From an uncultured Candidatus Saccharibacteria bacterium (lineage in GTDB: Bacteria > Patescibacteriota > Saccharimonadia > CAILAD01 > JADZBC01), in the NCBI GenBank assembly GCA_964600985.1, contig CAZRJR010000002.1:40867-104866 (forward strand): a stretch of 64,000 nucleotides of DNA, read 5' to 3'. Positions 1 through 9,154 of the stretch are shown here, piece by piece (position 1 is the first letter of the stretch; each line of letters opens with the position of its first letter). Below the pieces are notes generated by a model. That model worked only from the letters and a program-made list of their open reading frames with translations. It did no database searches and had not been told where the DNA came from. The translations under genes and the position numbers were made by a program.

Positions 1-315
1 TCTAGGTCAATTTTGCGCGAACGCACGATTATTTGCACCGGAAAGTGCAGGCCATTGAGGAACCCTTGGTAGGAGTATTCGATTGCACCCTGTTCGCGTG
101 CGCTTTTTAGATCAAAGTTCAGTGCGGAGGCCAAGATTACCATGCGCAGTGAACCGTCACGCATAACCACAATGTTGTCACGCACTTCGGAAAACATAAG
201 GTGGTTTTGAGTGCTAGTGCGCTGGTCCTTAGTGGTTTTGGGTGGCGTAACAGAGGCCAGCGCCTTGCGTTGCTGGTCGGTTATTTGATGATTAGGTTGC
301 GCTGCCTGAGCCATA
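1..315 (-). CDS. Partial CDS (N-terminus; continues beyond the window start). Possible VirB4-like conjugation ATPase, by synteny only
   Basis: Open frame on the minus strand with ATG at 315 (MAQAAQPNHQITDQQRKALASV...IVVMRDGSLRMVILASALNFDLKS...) running off the window edge. It lies directly downstream, on the same strand, of the PrgI-like gene. The order VirB6-like, PrgI-like, ATPase mirrors Gram-positive T4SS modules (prgH-prgI-prgJ). The functional call rests on synteny only. Confidence 0.35.
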
Positions 316-350
316 CATTCTACCTACACGAATTAGTTCTAAAGAGTAAC

Positions 351-1187
351 TTAGGCTTGGCGAACTTGGACGCTTTTGCCTTGTTGCAGTACGTTTTGGC
401 GGTTTACCTGGTCAGAAAGTTGCTGCACAGATAAGTCCTCGCTGTTTTGAACCGCTCTTTGTAGTATAGCATTTTGACTAGCAGCTTGCGAAGATGCTTT
501 TGCTTGTGGGGTTTGTACCGAATTAGGGTCGGTAGCGGCCTTTTGCATAGTGGCAATCGCCTGGGCGCGAATGTCGGTGCTCGCGCTTTCTAGAAGCTCC
601 CCTACAGCCACAGCCTGTGGGTTGTGCTGCATATCGAGCATGTCATTGCGCGGCGCAGCTACCTTGGCGGCAATAATTTCCGAAGCCACTTGAGTAGCCT
701 CGGGTGTAACCACACGCTGACTGAGCGCGCTAGCGGCTACGTTGGCGTCGGGAGCTTGTACATCGGCGCCCTTGGGTATGCGGCCACGGCTGTCTACGAT
801 GGTGGCAAGTTTGCGCAATTCACCACGCACTACAGTTTGGTCTGGTCTAGGGGCTTCTTGCACTACCTTCTTTTCGGGTTCTTTTACAATCACCTTGGCA
901 TCGTCTTTAAACCACACGCGTTTACGTGGCACGAGCATGAAGCGGATCATGGCCACAAAGTAGGTTTCGAAGCTTTGGCCCTCACGGCGGATCAGCCCAA
1001 GCGCCAGGAGTGGCCCGGAAACCGGTAGTATTAATACTATTGCAATCAGTGGGGCCACACCCAATATGCGCCAACACAAGAATCCCCAGCCGATCGCGAT
1101 TACTACATATATAAACTGCTTGATCGTTAACGGACCAAGGATTGTGTCTTCACTCTCTACATTTTGGGGGACTTTGTATTGTGCCAT
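351..1187 (-). CDS. PrgI-family (VirB3-like) T4SS membrane protein with a Gln/Ala-rich C-terminal tail
   Basis: The N-terminus (MAQYKVPQNVESEDTILGPLTIKQFIYVVIAIGWGFLCW... with two TM helices) matches the pattern of PrgI-family conjugation proteins. The C-terminus is low-complexity and A/Q/V-rich. Confidence 0.55.
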   Translation of the reverse strand: MAQYKVPQNVESEDTILGPLTIKQFIYVVIAIGWGFLCWRILGVAPLIAIVLILPVSGPLLALGLIRREGQSFETYFVAMIRFMLVPRKRVWFKDDAKVIVKEPEKKVVQEAPRPDQTVVRGELRKLATIVDSRGRIPKGADVQAPDANVAASALSQRVVTPEATQVASEIIAAKVAAPRNDMLDMQHNPQAVAVGELLESASTDIRAQAIATMQKAATDPNSVQTPQAKASSQAASQNAILQRAVQNSEDLSVQQLSDQVNRQNVLQQGKSVQVRQA

Positions 1188-1204
1188 GAATTAACCCAAT
1201 TTAA

Positions 1205-3478
1205 TTAAGGTGTTGGTGGAGGTACGGCATCGTGAACTGGTGCAGTTGCCACAGCAACAGGATGTGCGCTAGGGCGTGGAGCATGGGCAGGAGGAGCAAG
1301 CCTGCCGGTTACCGTCCTTGTTCCTCCTGGTCCAGCCGCGGTGGTTACCGCTGGACTAGGAGTTGCTCCTGGCGCGGTACCAAAATAATGCACTTCTGAT
1401 GCTGCTTCTTTTGGATTCTGCTTATACGTAATAGTTGGTGCGGCGGTCCCGGCGGGCTTACCTGCTAGGTAGCTATCTACGCCCCGGCCAAGAGTGGTCG
1501 CTTCAAGAACTCTTCTTTGTTCACGCTCAGGGGCGGTTTCTGATTCTCCTAAAGCGCTTCTCAATTGAATGAGCTTTGTAGCGTCAACTGGTAGGCCTTT
1601 GGCAGCTCGGCCTTCTTGCTTCTCAAGCTCTTCGGAGTACTTCTTTTTGAGCATATCTTTTGCAACTGTTTGGGTTTTACCTTTGCCGGTTCTTGCCTCT
1701 ATCATAAGGGCGTCGTCAGACAAACCACTCGCCCAGCCTTCTTTCTCTTTTTTAATCCTCGACTCTGCAAGACCGGTTCGCTTGAGGCGTTCTTGCCTAC
1801 TAAAATCAGTTATAGGCCCAAGTTTAGTAGGTGCTCGTCCTCCAGTTGCCTTATCAATCCTGTCTTTATATCCACCCTCTTTGGACCAACTATCTTTAAC
1901 TGCGCCCTTGGTCTTACCAGCCGCCCAGTCACCAAGCTTGCCACCTGTGGCCGCCATAAGACCGCCACTCCATTTGAAGGCCTTAGGAACCATTAGGAAG
2001 CCTATGAACGGTAGTAAGGCCCCTACGATCTGTATAATTGTTCCATTGCCATCGGACTTCATTATGCTACCTATGGCTGCAGACCCATACACAATAGCAA
2101 CTATAATTGGGTACATCATTACTAGCTTAATCAGGTTAGTCCACCATGTTTTAAAGAGTTTCTCTGTGTTTGGAAGTACCTTAGCTGCAAATGCTAGTGG
2201 TGCCACGAGCACCAACACGTATAACATAGCCATGCGCAAAGCCAATATACCTAGAACAACTATGAGGGCTACTATAGCTATAACGATCATCGAAATAACT
2301 AGGAATATAGCTCCTACAGAGGCAAGGGCAGTAGTGAGCTGGGCGGCTCCACCGTCAGCTCCACTTGCACCAAGTGCACTAAAGAATCCTTGTACTCCTG
2401 CCCCAAGGATATTCCCCACTTCTACAATAGCCCCAGCTATAAGGTAGGCAAATTGAGAAAGTATAATTGCCGCAACTAGCCTCGGTACCATCTTCTTGAG
2501 TGCGTAACTATCAAGGCCTATTGAAAATGAGTTTGCAAATATGATTATCAGGAAGATGAGTACATAGAATGCATTAGCTAGGTTCAGTAGCCGCTGGTTG
2601 GCGGCCATAAAGTCTGCATTTTGAAAACCAGAGGTATTAACATCTAAGATACTCATTAGCCAACTGGAAAGAGTATCTGCCGTAGATTGCAGCAGGTTCT
2701 TGACTGGACAAAGAATAAAGTCCAGCCCTCCACCACCACAATCGTCTCCACCCTTATTTTCCTTAAATCCCTTGAGCCCTGATTTATATCCATTTTGAGA
2801 ACTTGCTGAGACTTTTTTTCCAATTGCTGTAGCCGTACCGCCTTTATTCTGACCACCAATGGTGCACTCAACGGGGCCATCTTTGTTTACCACAACACTA
2901 CATATGCCACTCTCTCCAGCTTTTTTGATATTATCATCGTCACCCGCAATAGTGTCGTACAAAGCTTCTCCAGGAGAGTATTTGCGCCAGTCCTGCGTGA
3001 GGATTATATATGAATAATCCCCTGACGAGTCATTTGAAGAGTTCGCGGTCTTGCCTAGCGGAAAGACAACATACCCCCATTCCTTATTCTTTACAGAATC
3101 ACTAGTTCCGTCTGAGTTCTCAGCTTCGAATACGTCCTTGCCAATCTGGGCTGATTTAACAGGATTATAATAGTAATCCTTTTTGTTACATGACGTACTG
3201 TTTCCGCAGTTAACAAACCGCGCCGAGTGTAGTTCGCAATGAACTTTACTTGAGTTGATAATATCGCAAACCAAGTCATCCTTAAATGCGGATGTAGGGT
3301 CGGTAATTGGATTAAATCCTCCGTCGAGCGTACTGACAGATTTGTATTGATTGGGTGTGTATGGGCCTGGTGCCGAACCTTGAGCCGAGGCTTCACCAGG
3401 AAACCCTATAAGCACAATCATGGTCAATATAGCCGCAGCCATGAGTATAGTTTTGAGTCTACATAGTTTTGTGGTCAT
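1205..3478 (-). CDS. Large polytopic membrane protein, VirB6/TrbL-like (T4SS channel component), with a signal peptide and a Pro/Ala-rich C-terminal tail
   Basis: 757 aa. N-terminal signal peptide (MTTKLCRLKTILMAAAILTMIVLIGFPGEASA), a Cys-containing extracytoplasmic domain, at least six hydrophobic helices, and a C-terminal P/A/T-rich extension. Placement between the PrgI-like gene and the pilin array supports a VirB6/TrbL role. Confidence 0.5.
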   Translation of the reverse strand: MTTKLCRLKTILMAAAILTMIVLIGFPGEASAQGSAPGPYTPNQYKSVSTLDGGFNPITDPTSAFKDDLVCDIINSSKVHCELHSARFVNCGNSTSCNKKDYYYNPVKSAQIGKDVFEAENSDGTSDSVKNKEWGYVVFPLGKTANSSNDSSGDYSYIILTQDWRKYSPGEALYDTIAGDDDNIKKAGESGICSVVVNKDGPVECTIGGQNKGGTATAIGKKVSASSQNGYKSGLKGFKENKGGDDCGGGGLDFILCPVKNLLQSTADTLSSWLMSILDVNTSGFQNADFMAANQRLLNLANAFYVLIFLIIIFANSFSIGLDSYALKKMVPRLVAAIILSQFAYLIAGAIVEVGNILGAGVQGFFSALGASGADGGAAQLTTALASVGAIFLVISMIVIAIVALIVVLGILALRMAMLYVLVLVAPLAFAAKVLPNTEKLFKTWWTNLIKLVMMYPIIVAIVYGSAAIGSIMKSDGNGTIIQIVGALLPFIGFLMVPKAFKWSGGLMAATGGKLGDWAAGKTKGAVKDSWSKEGGYKDRIDKATGGRAPTKLGPITDFSRQERLKRTGLAESRIKKEKEGWASGLSDDALMIEARTGKGKTQTVAKDMLKKKYSEELEKQEGRAAKGLPVDATKLIQLRSALGESETAPEREQRRVLEATTLGRGVDSYLAGKPAGTAAPTITYKQNPKEAASEVHYFGTAPGATPSPAVTTAAGPGGTRTVTGRLAPPAHAPRPSAHPVAVATAPVHDAVPPPTP

Positions 3479-3551
3479 TTGGTTAAATTATAGTATACCT
3501 AAGATAAAAAAGTAATGCTTAAGCTGTAATACGGTAAGGCTGCCGTGCGCC

Positions 3552-3989
3552 TTGCCTTATGCTATTATGAACTATATGTATATCAATAATTTGCAAAAGT
3601 TTATAGTAGCGGCTGTTATACTTGGGATGACATCTTTTCTTACGCTCGTTCCTACCGTAAGTTTTGCAAAGCTACCTAGTGATAATTCAGGTCAGTCTGC
3701 GGGGGTGGTTCCGGGTGGTACAGTCAAAAATTGTGGAAACTTCTTACCTGCAGCTGCTTGCACCGATAATATCGAGGGTTTTGTGTCATACGTAGCAAAC
3801 TGGATGGTAGGTATATTTGGTGCACTCTTTGTGCTCATGGTAGTTATCTCTGGCGCGCAAATGGCATCGGCCGGTGATAGTCCAGATAGACTAAAAGCGG
3901 CCAAGGGAAGGCTTACTAATGCCGTAACTGGCTTGGTACTATTAATATTGATGCGCGCCATACTGGCGCTATTCGGAATATCGTTTTAG
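3552..3989 (+). CDS. Pilin-like small secreted membrane protein (TrbC/VirB2-like), paralog 1 of 5
   Basis: Signal peptide plus a C-terminal pair of hydrophobic helices separated by an S-A-G-D-S motif. Same architecture as the four downstream paralogs. The true start may be an internal ATG (3567 or 3576). Confidence 0.5.
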   Translation: MPYAIMNYMYINNLQKFIVAAVILGMTSFLTLVPTVSFAKLPSDNSGQSAGVVPGGTVKNCGNFLPAAACTDNIEGFVSYVANWMVGIFGALFVLMVVISGAQMASAGDSPDRLKAAKGRLTNAVTGLVLLILMRAILALFGISF

Positions 3990-3999
3990 GGAGCTAAAT

Positions 4000-4443
4000 A
4001 TGCTACGGACTACAATAAACATTTTTCACAGAGGAGCGTCTTCAGTAACCAGGATGGCCCAGAGGCTTAAGGTTAAAGATTCTTTCGTGCCAGCCTACCT
4101 TGCAGTATTGTGGGTAGCTCTCTCTAAAAACGCAATTGCCGCAGCTGCGTCAAAAGAATGCAAAGGCAGCACCAATGGCACCGGTATATTTGCTGGAGTT
4201 GATACGTCATGTGTTGACGGAGTTAAGCAACTTATTACCAACGTAACCAATATGGTGTTTACCGCCGTAGGAATTGTAGCGGTTATATTTATAATCATCG
4301 GCGGGATTCGCTTGGCCACTTCGGCTGGGAACCCATCGGGTCAACAGAGCGCTAAAAAGACCATCACAAATGCTATTCTCGGCCTTGTGGTTGCTATATT
4401 CGCAGCAGCGATTGGCAACCTGGTCCTATCATCGCTTGGCTAG
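4000..4443 (+). CDS. Pilin-like small secreted membrane protein (TrbC/VirB2-like), paralog 2
   Basis: GGGAG RBS 7 nt upstream of the ATG. C-terminal region VIFIIIGGIRLATSAGNPSGQQSAKKTITNAILGLVVAIF follows the family pattern. Confidence 0.55.
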   Translation: MLRTTINIFHRGASSVTRMAQRLKVKDSFVPAYLAVLWVALSKNAIAAAASKECKGSTNGTGIFAGVDTSCVDGVKQLITNVTNMVFTAVGIVAVIFIIIGGIRLATSAGNPSGQQSAKKTITNAILGLVVAIFAAAIGNLVLSSLG

Positions 4444-4519
4444 ATCGGTCAGCGCTCCCACTTGCTTTAAGAGCGCTTCAATACTTTATTCTCATTACCT
4501 ATTAGCCTATAATCGAAAT

Positions 4520-4870
4520 ATGCTTAAACAAACCCAGAAGTTTATCTCGATCGTAGGAGCTATTTTTCCCGTACTATTAATACCAGGGGTTAGCTATGCG
4601 GCCAATGCGACTGGGATTAGTATACCTACTCTACAGGGTACACCTGACTCATTTGATTCCGTAATTCCCAAGGTCACCTCTACCCTCCTCACTTTTGCGG
4701 GGATAATCTCGGTAATTATGATCATTGTGGGTGGGATAATGTACACGCTCTCAGCTGGTGACTCAAGTAAAACCACCAAGGCCAAAGATACTATTCTATA
4801 CTCGGTGATAGGCCTCGTAATTACGCTGCTGGCTGGCGCAATTGTGACTTTTGTACTAAAAATATTCTAA
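4520..4870 (+). CDS. Pilin-like small secreted membrane protein (TrbC/VirB2-like), paralog 3
   Basis: MLKQTQKFISIVGAIFPVLLIPGVSYA signal peptide. C-terminal IISVIMIIVGGIMYTLSAGDSSKTTKAKDTILYSVIGLVITLLAGAIV. The supplied ORF starts earlier (4370) and overlaps paralog 2, so the start was trimmed to the ATG at 4520. Confidence 0.55.
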   Translation: MLKQTQKFISIVGAIFPVLLIPGVSYAANATGISIPTLQGTPDSFDSVIPKVTSTLLTFAGIISVIMIIVGGIMYTLSAGDSSKTTKAKDTILYSVIGLVITLLAGAIVTFVLKIF

Positions 4871-4981
4871 TCACAAACAAGCCCTGGAGAAGCTAGCTTA
4901 AATCATAAGCACTTCTGTATTGTCAAACCTAGTTGGCTACGATACAATCTAAGCATAATTGTTTAAGGAGAAATCATAAAA

Positions 4982-5335
4982 ATGCTCAAATCCATTACTT
5001 CTAAAGTTGGCCTTGGTCTTACCGCCGCCATGCTTACCGCTGGCACCGCTCTTGCCGACAACCCCGATGCTGTAAAGGGCATCCAGCAAGCGCAAGGCAA
5101 CCTAACTGGCCAAGAACTTGGTAGCCAGATTGGCAACATTACCAACCTGATGATCGTAGTTATCGGTATCATCTCGGTAATTATGCTTATCATTGGTGGC
5201 TTCCGATACGTTCTCTCGGGTGGTGACTCCAAGAACACCACGGCGGCTAAGGATACCATCCTCTACGCCATTATTGGTGTGGTAGTAGCCCTCCTCGCCT
5301 ACTCAATCATGGCGTTCGTAATCAAGCAAGTTTAG
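4982..5335 (+). CDS. Pilin-like small secreted membrane protein (TrbC/VirB2-like), paralog 4
   Basis: Strong RBS (AAGGAGAAA). Signal peptide. C-terminal half nearly identical to paralog 5 (GSQIGNITN...IIGGFRYVLSGGDSKNTTAAKDTILYAIIGVVVALLAYSIMAFVIKQV). Confidence 0.65.
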   Translation: MLKSITSKVGLGLTAAMLTAGTALADNPDAVKGIQQAQGNLTGQELGSQIGNITNLMIVVIGIISVIMLIIGGFRYVLSGGDSKNTTAAKDTILYAIIGVVVALLAYSIMAFVIKQV

Positions 5336-5340
5336 TACCT

Positions 5341-5709
5341 ATGCGCATAGGGGCTCGACTAGCTACGCTTAGCTCTACGCTAACACTTGGCTTGTGGGCT
5401 GGTTCACAGCGCGCGTTTGCTGCTACCTGCAACCTTACAGGTGGTGCCGAGGCGGGCGCTGCTTGTACGGGCCAAACTGGTGGCCCAGAGTTGGGTTCCC
5501 AAATCGGCAACATCACCAATGTGCTGATTACCGCTGTTGGCGTAATCTCAATCATTATGATAATTGTTGGCGGGATTCGTTATGTACTCTCGGCCGGTGA
5601 CTCCAAAAACACCACGGCGGCTAAAGACACCATCCTCTACGCCGTTATCGGTGTGGTAGTAGCCCTCCTCGCCTACTCAATCATGGCGTTCGTAGTGAAG
5701 CAGGTTTAA
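5341..5709 (+). CDS. Pilin-like small secreted membrane protein (TrbC/VirB2-like), paralog 5 (recent tandem duplicate of paralog 4)
   Basis: C-terminal about 70 aa are over 85% identical to paralog 4. The N-terminal mature region differs. Confidence 0.65.
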   Translation: MRIGARLATLSSTLTLGLWAGSQRAFAATCNLTGGAEAGAACTGQTGGPELGSQIGNITNVLITAVGVISIIMIIVGGIRYVLSAGDSKNTTAAKDTILYAVIGVVVALLAYSIMAFVVKQV

Positions 5710-5730
5710 GTTAATATAAGAGCCTCAGCC

Positions 5731-5768
5731 CCTAAGATCCCACATACTACGTGCGGCTCTTAGGTTTT
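5731..5768 (+). terminator. Putative intrinsic terminator after the pilin array
   Basis: CCTAAGA...TCTTAGG stem followed by TTTTCG. The loop is large, so this is only moderate. Confidence 0.3.
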
Positions 5769-5803
5769 CGTGTGGCTAACGTGCCCATGGTAAAATAAAG
5801 GCA

Positions 5804-7141
5804 ATGAAATTCTTACGCAAACACAAAGCTACTGTAGTCGCGGTTGGCGTAGCCCTGGCTATACTAGTGGGCCTAGCCGTTATGGTACCCACTACACCCC
5901 AGAATGCCATTTCGGTCGAGGGTATCGAGCCTTCTGGTTCGCGCGTGGACTTCCCTGCCGAGCCTATTACGCTTACGTATTGGCGCACCATAGATGGCAC
6001 CACTCCGTTTGACGACATTATAAAGGACTATAATGCAATTCACCCCAATGTAACTATCGAGCTCAAAAACCTTGACTACGCAGGCTACGATAAGCAGTTA
6101 ACCGAGGCGGCCAAGACCGGCAAGCTACCCGACCTGTACTCGATCGATCAAGACTGGATGAACCGTTACCAGGGTTACTTTGAACCCGCACCAGCTACAG
6201 TCTACGACGCCAGCGAGGTCAAGAGTACCTTTGTACCTACCGTGGCCAATAAGTTGGTTGACGGCCAGGTAGTGCAGGGTGTGGCCTACGGCGTCTCTAC
6301 CTTAGGCTTGTTTTACAATCAAGATATGTTGACTAAAGCTGGTATATCTAAGCCACCCACTACCTGGCAGCAGCTCATGGACAATACGCATAAGCTAACG
6401 TTTCGTAGTGGCAACGACATAACGCAGGCCGGGGTGGCGCTGGGCAATGCAAATGTGAGCGACTACACTGCTATTACCTCGGTGCTTATGCAGCAAAATG
6501 GTGCTACTATGACCAATAACCCACCTACTCAGGCGACCTTCAATAAGCCAGATAGCAAGGGGTATGCCTCGGCGGCCAAGGCTATGAACTTTTATAGCAG
6601 CTTTGCTAAACCAAGCAGCGCGAATTACTCCTGGAACGACAAGCTTGGTAGCTCGCTCGACGCGTTCAAGGCCGGCAAGCTAGCCATGCTAATCGACTAT
6701 GCCTATAGGGCGCCGGAGATCGACGCTGCCAATCCAGCACTTAACTACAAAATGACAGCGCTGCCCCAGGTAGATAGCACCAAGCCAGTGAACGGCGCAC
6801 AGTTCTGGGTGGAGCAAGTGAGCAAGTCTAGCAAGAACACCGAGGTAGCCTGGGACTTCTTGCGATTTGCCTCTACCCGCACCCAAATGAACCGCTACAG
6901 TATTGCCACCTACCGACCAGCCAGCCGTAAGGACCTCGTAGCCCAACAGTCGCACGACAAGTACTTAGCGCCGTTTGCCAAGCAGATTGCTAGCTCCAAA
7001 GTTTGGTATAAGGGTAATAGCTACAATGTGGACGGGATCTTTGCCGATATGATCGGTGCAGTGTTGGGCGGGGGCGATGCTCAAGCGGCGGTGGATACGG
7101 CGGCTACGCGAACTACGCAGGAAATTGCCCGAAACCAGTAA
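5804..7141 (+). CDS. ABC transporter extracellular solute-binding protein (family 1, sugar-type), orphan
   Basis: 445 aa with an N-terminal TM/signal anchor and conserved SBP_bac_1-like stretches (LTYWRT, DQDWMNRY, GVAYGVSTLGLFYN). No permease or ATPase genes adjacent. Confidence 0.7.
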   Translation: MKFLRKHKATVVAVGVALAILVGLAVMVPTTPQNAISVEGIEPSGSRVDFPAEPITLTYWRTIDGTTPFDDIIKDYNAIHPNVTIELKNLDYAGYDKQLTEAAKTGKLPDLYSIDQDWMNRYQGYFEPAPATVYDASEVKSTFVPTVANKLVDGQVVQGVAYGVSTLGLFYNQDMLTKAGISKPPTTWQQLMDNTHKLTFRSGNDITQAGVALGNANVSDYTAITSVLMQQNGATMTNNPPTQATFNKPDSKGYASAAKAMNFYSSFAKPSSANYSWNDKLGSSLDAFKAGKLAMLIDYAYRAPEIDAANPALNYKMTALPQVDSTKPVNGAQFWVEQVSKSSKNTEVAWDFLRFASTRTQMNRYSIATYRPASRKDLVAQQSHDKYLAPFAKQIASSKVWYKGNSYNVDGIFADMIGAVLGGGDAQAAVDTAATRTTQEIARNQ

Positions 7142-7244
7142 TCTACTCTTCTCTGCCCGAGCTCCATCCTAATTTATGTTCGTTTTTCCGTCATCCTAAG
7201 TGAAATCGAAAGACCTACCTTTTCATAACCGCTTTGCATGCGCG

Positions 7245-7550
7245 TCATACCGTCATTCCGAGCCCGTCGAGGAATCTGCCTGACAGGTCTTCCGTGTTTG
7301 GGTTTGTACTACGAACCAACTCCATCTTCTTGCTCCGTCGCCAGCCTTTAATTTGCTTCTCTCTAGCTATCGCATCGAGTATGCTCGTTGCCTCTTCAAA
7401 GTAGATTAGCTGATTCACTCTGTATGTTGCAGTAAATCCATCTATCAAGCCTAACTTATGCTCGTATACGCGTCGGGCTAGGTCACTAGTAACTCCTATA
7501 TACAAAGTGCCTGTCTTGCTTGCCAAAATATATACAAACGATCGCTTCAT
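7245..7550 (-). CDS. GIY-YIG nuclease family protein (YhbQ/UPF0213-like)
   Basis: MKRSFVYILASKTGTLYIGVTSDLARRVYEHK is a canonical GIY-YIG N-terminus. Start trimmed to the ATG at 7550. The gene is bracketed by 22-bp inverted repeats (see findings). Confidence 0.75.
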   Translation of the reverse strand: MKRSFVYILASKTGTLYIGVTSDLARRVYEHKLGLIDGFTATYRVNQLIYFEEATSILDAIAREKQIKGWRRSKKMELVRSTNPNTEDLSGRFLDGLGMTV

Positions 7551-7715
7551 TGTTTTAGGATAGTCAAGACTGAACCTGGCGAGCAAGCATAAGGGTGAAT
7601 TTATAAGCATATGAGATTAGAAAGATCCCTCGACGGGCTCGGGATGACGCCATAACATACCGCGGGAGATCTAGAGCAAGTGATCCTCGAATGGCGCGGG
7701 AGCGGCAGGAGAGAA

Positions 7716-7738
7716 CAAAAAACCCGGGCTTTCCCGGG
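7716..7738 (-). terminator. Intrinsic terminator downstream of hsp20
   Basis: CCCGGG-CTTT-CCCGGG hairpin followed by a U-tract on the minus strand (AAAAAA on plus). Confidence 0.6.
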
Positions 7739-7763
7739 AATTCTTGGTGCAATGTAGTGCAGA

Positions 7764-8192
7764 CTACAGACTAGCGCTTACCTTGATCTTCTTAACCTTA
7801 TTCTGAACTACCTTTGGAATCTCAATAGTAAGTACTCCGTCTTTGAGGCTGGCTACAGCCTTGTCGGCAATGGTAGAGGTGGGCAGGATTACCGAACGTG
7901 AGAACGATCCCCAGAAACACTCCTGTACGTAGTAGTGTTCTTTCTCTACAGCCTTTTCATCTTTACGATCACCACGAATTGTTACTACGTCTTCGCTAAT
8001 CGCCACATCGATATCGTCGGGACGCACGCCGGCAATCGGCGCCTTAATAACTACCGTGTCTTTAGTTTGGTACACATCGACCGCTAACTGACCTTCGAAT
8101 TCCCCTTCGGCCATCCAGTCATCGCCGGAGCTTTGGTCGTCTAGGAATTCTTCTTGCAAAATCTCTTCATCTACATCGTTCTTACGAGCCAT
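7764..8192 (-). CDS. Hsp20/alpha-crystallin family small heat-shock protein
   Basis: 142 aa. Alpha-crystallin domain pattern (VDVYQTKDTVVIKAPIAGVRPDDIDVAISEDVVTIRGDRK...GVLTIEIPK). Confidence 0.85.
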   Translation of the reverse strand: MARKNDVDEEILQEEFLDDQSSGDDWMAEGEFEGQLAVDVYQTKDTVVIKAPIAGVRPDDIDVAISEDVVTIRGDRKDEKAVEKEHYYVQECFWGSFSRSVILPTSTIADKAVASLKDGVLTIEIPKVVQNKVKKIKVSASL

Positions 8193-8253
8193 AGTATTAC
8201 TCCTTATCCTTGCTTAGCGCTGCTTTTAACCTTATTATAGCCACAAATCAGGA

Positions 8254-8931
8254 GTGAATGCAAGGATAATGCTACAAAAACTTATGCAGTTTATTGTGCC
8301 GAGTGAGTGTTTAGGCTGCGGGGAGTCGGGCAGTGTGCTGTGTGGCCCGTGCACACCACAACTTGTAACCACCAAAGTACCAAGCTGCTTTTACTGCAAC
8401 AAACTCACTTTTGGCGGCCAAGCTTGCTCTACCTGTCAACGTAAAGTTCAGCTTCGTGGTGTGCACGTGTTGTGGCGACTCGAAGGGGCGGCGCAGGATC
8501 TAGTGTATCGGCTCAAATATCATAATGACCGTTCGGTGGCGCAGTTTGTGGCCGATCAAGCAAGCTTCCAGTTTGAACTGAGTGGCTACGACCTAGTCAC
8601 GGCGGTGGCGAGTGATGGCAAGGCCTTGCGCAGGCGAGGTTACAATCAGGCGGAATTGTTGGCTCGTGCGGTAGCTCGCCAGGCAGCCGTGCCGTATTCT
8701 ACTACTCTACTGCGCACTCAGCATACGTCTCAAACTCACCTAGGGCGCCATAAGCGCTTTGAGGTCGTGCAGGGCAACTTTGTGTGCTATCAACCAAAGA
8801 AGGTGGCAGGTAAGCGCGTACTGATCGTAGATGACGTGCTTACTACGGGTGCGACCATGGCAGAATGCGCCAGGCTGTTGCGATTAGCTGACGCCAAGCA
8901 AGTGTGGGGCTTGGTCGCCGCAAAGAAATAA
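8254..8931 (+). CDS. comFC: ComF family protein (ComFC-like phosphoribosyltransferase)
   Basis: N-terminal Cys4 zinc ribbon (CLGCG...CGPC...CFYCNK...CSTC) plus the PRTase motif VLIVDDVLTTGATM. The start could instead be the ATG at 8269. Confidence 0.75.
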   Translation: MNARIMLQKLMQFIVPSECLGCGESGSVLCGPCTPQLVTTKVPSCFYCNKLTFGGQACSTCQRKVQLRGVHVLWRLEGAAQDLVYRLKYHNDRSVAQFVADQASFQFELSGYDLVTAVASDGKALRRRGYNQAELLARAVARQAAVPYSTTLLRTQHTSQTHLGRHKRFEVVQGNFVCYQPKKVAGKRVLIVDDVLTTGATMAECARLLRLADAKQVWGLVAAKK

Positions 8932-8937
8932 TAACTA

Positions 8938-9029
<92 letters not shown>

Positions 9030-9154
9030 TGAAGTTGAACACACTATAGTGTAGCCTAAACCAACCTGGAATTCTAGCCTACATTTTATGGTGCCCAGTT
9101 TTCCCCTTGTGCAAAAGCCTGTTGATAAGTTCGCATGGCGTTCGCAAAAAATCG

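Noticed and set aside
1569-2447. 292-aa plus-strand ORF inside the VirB6-like gene
   Set aside because: Antisense to a long membrane-protein gene. The product is Pro/Ser/Leu-rich low complexity.
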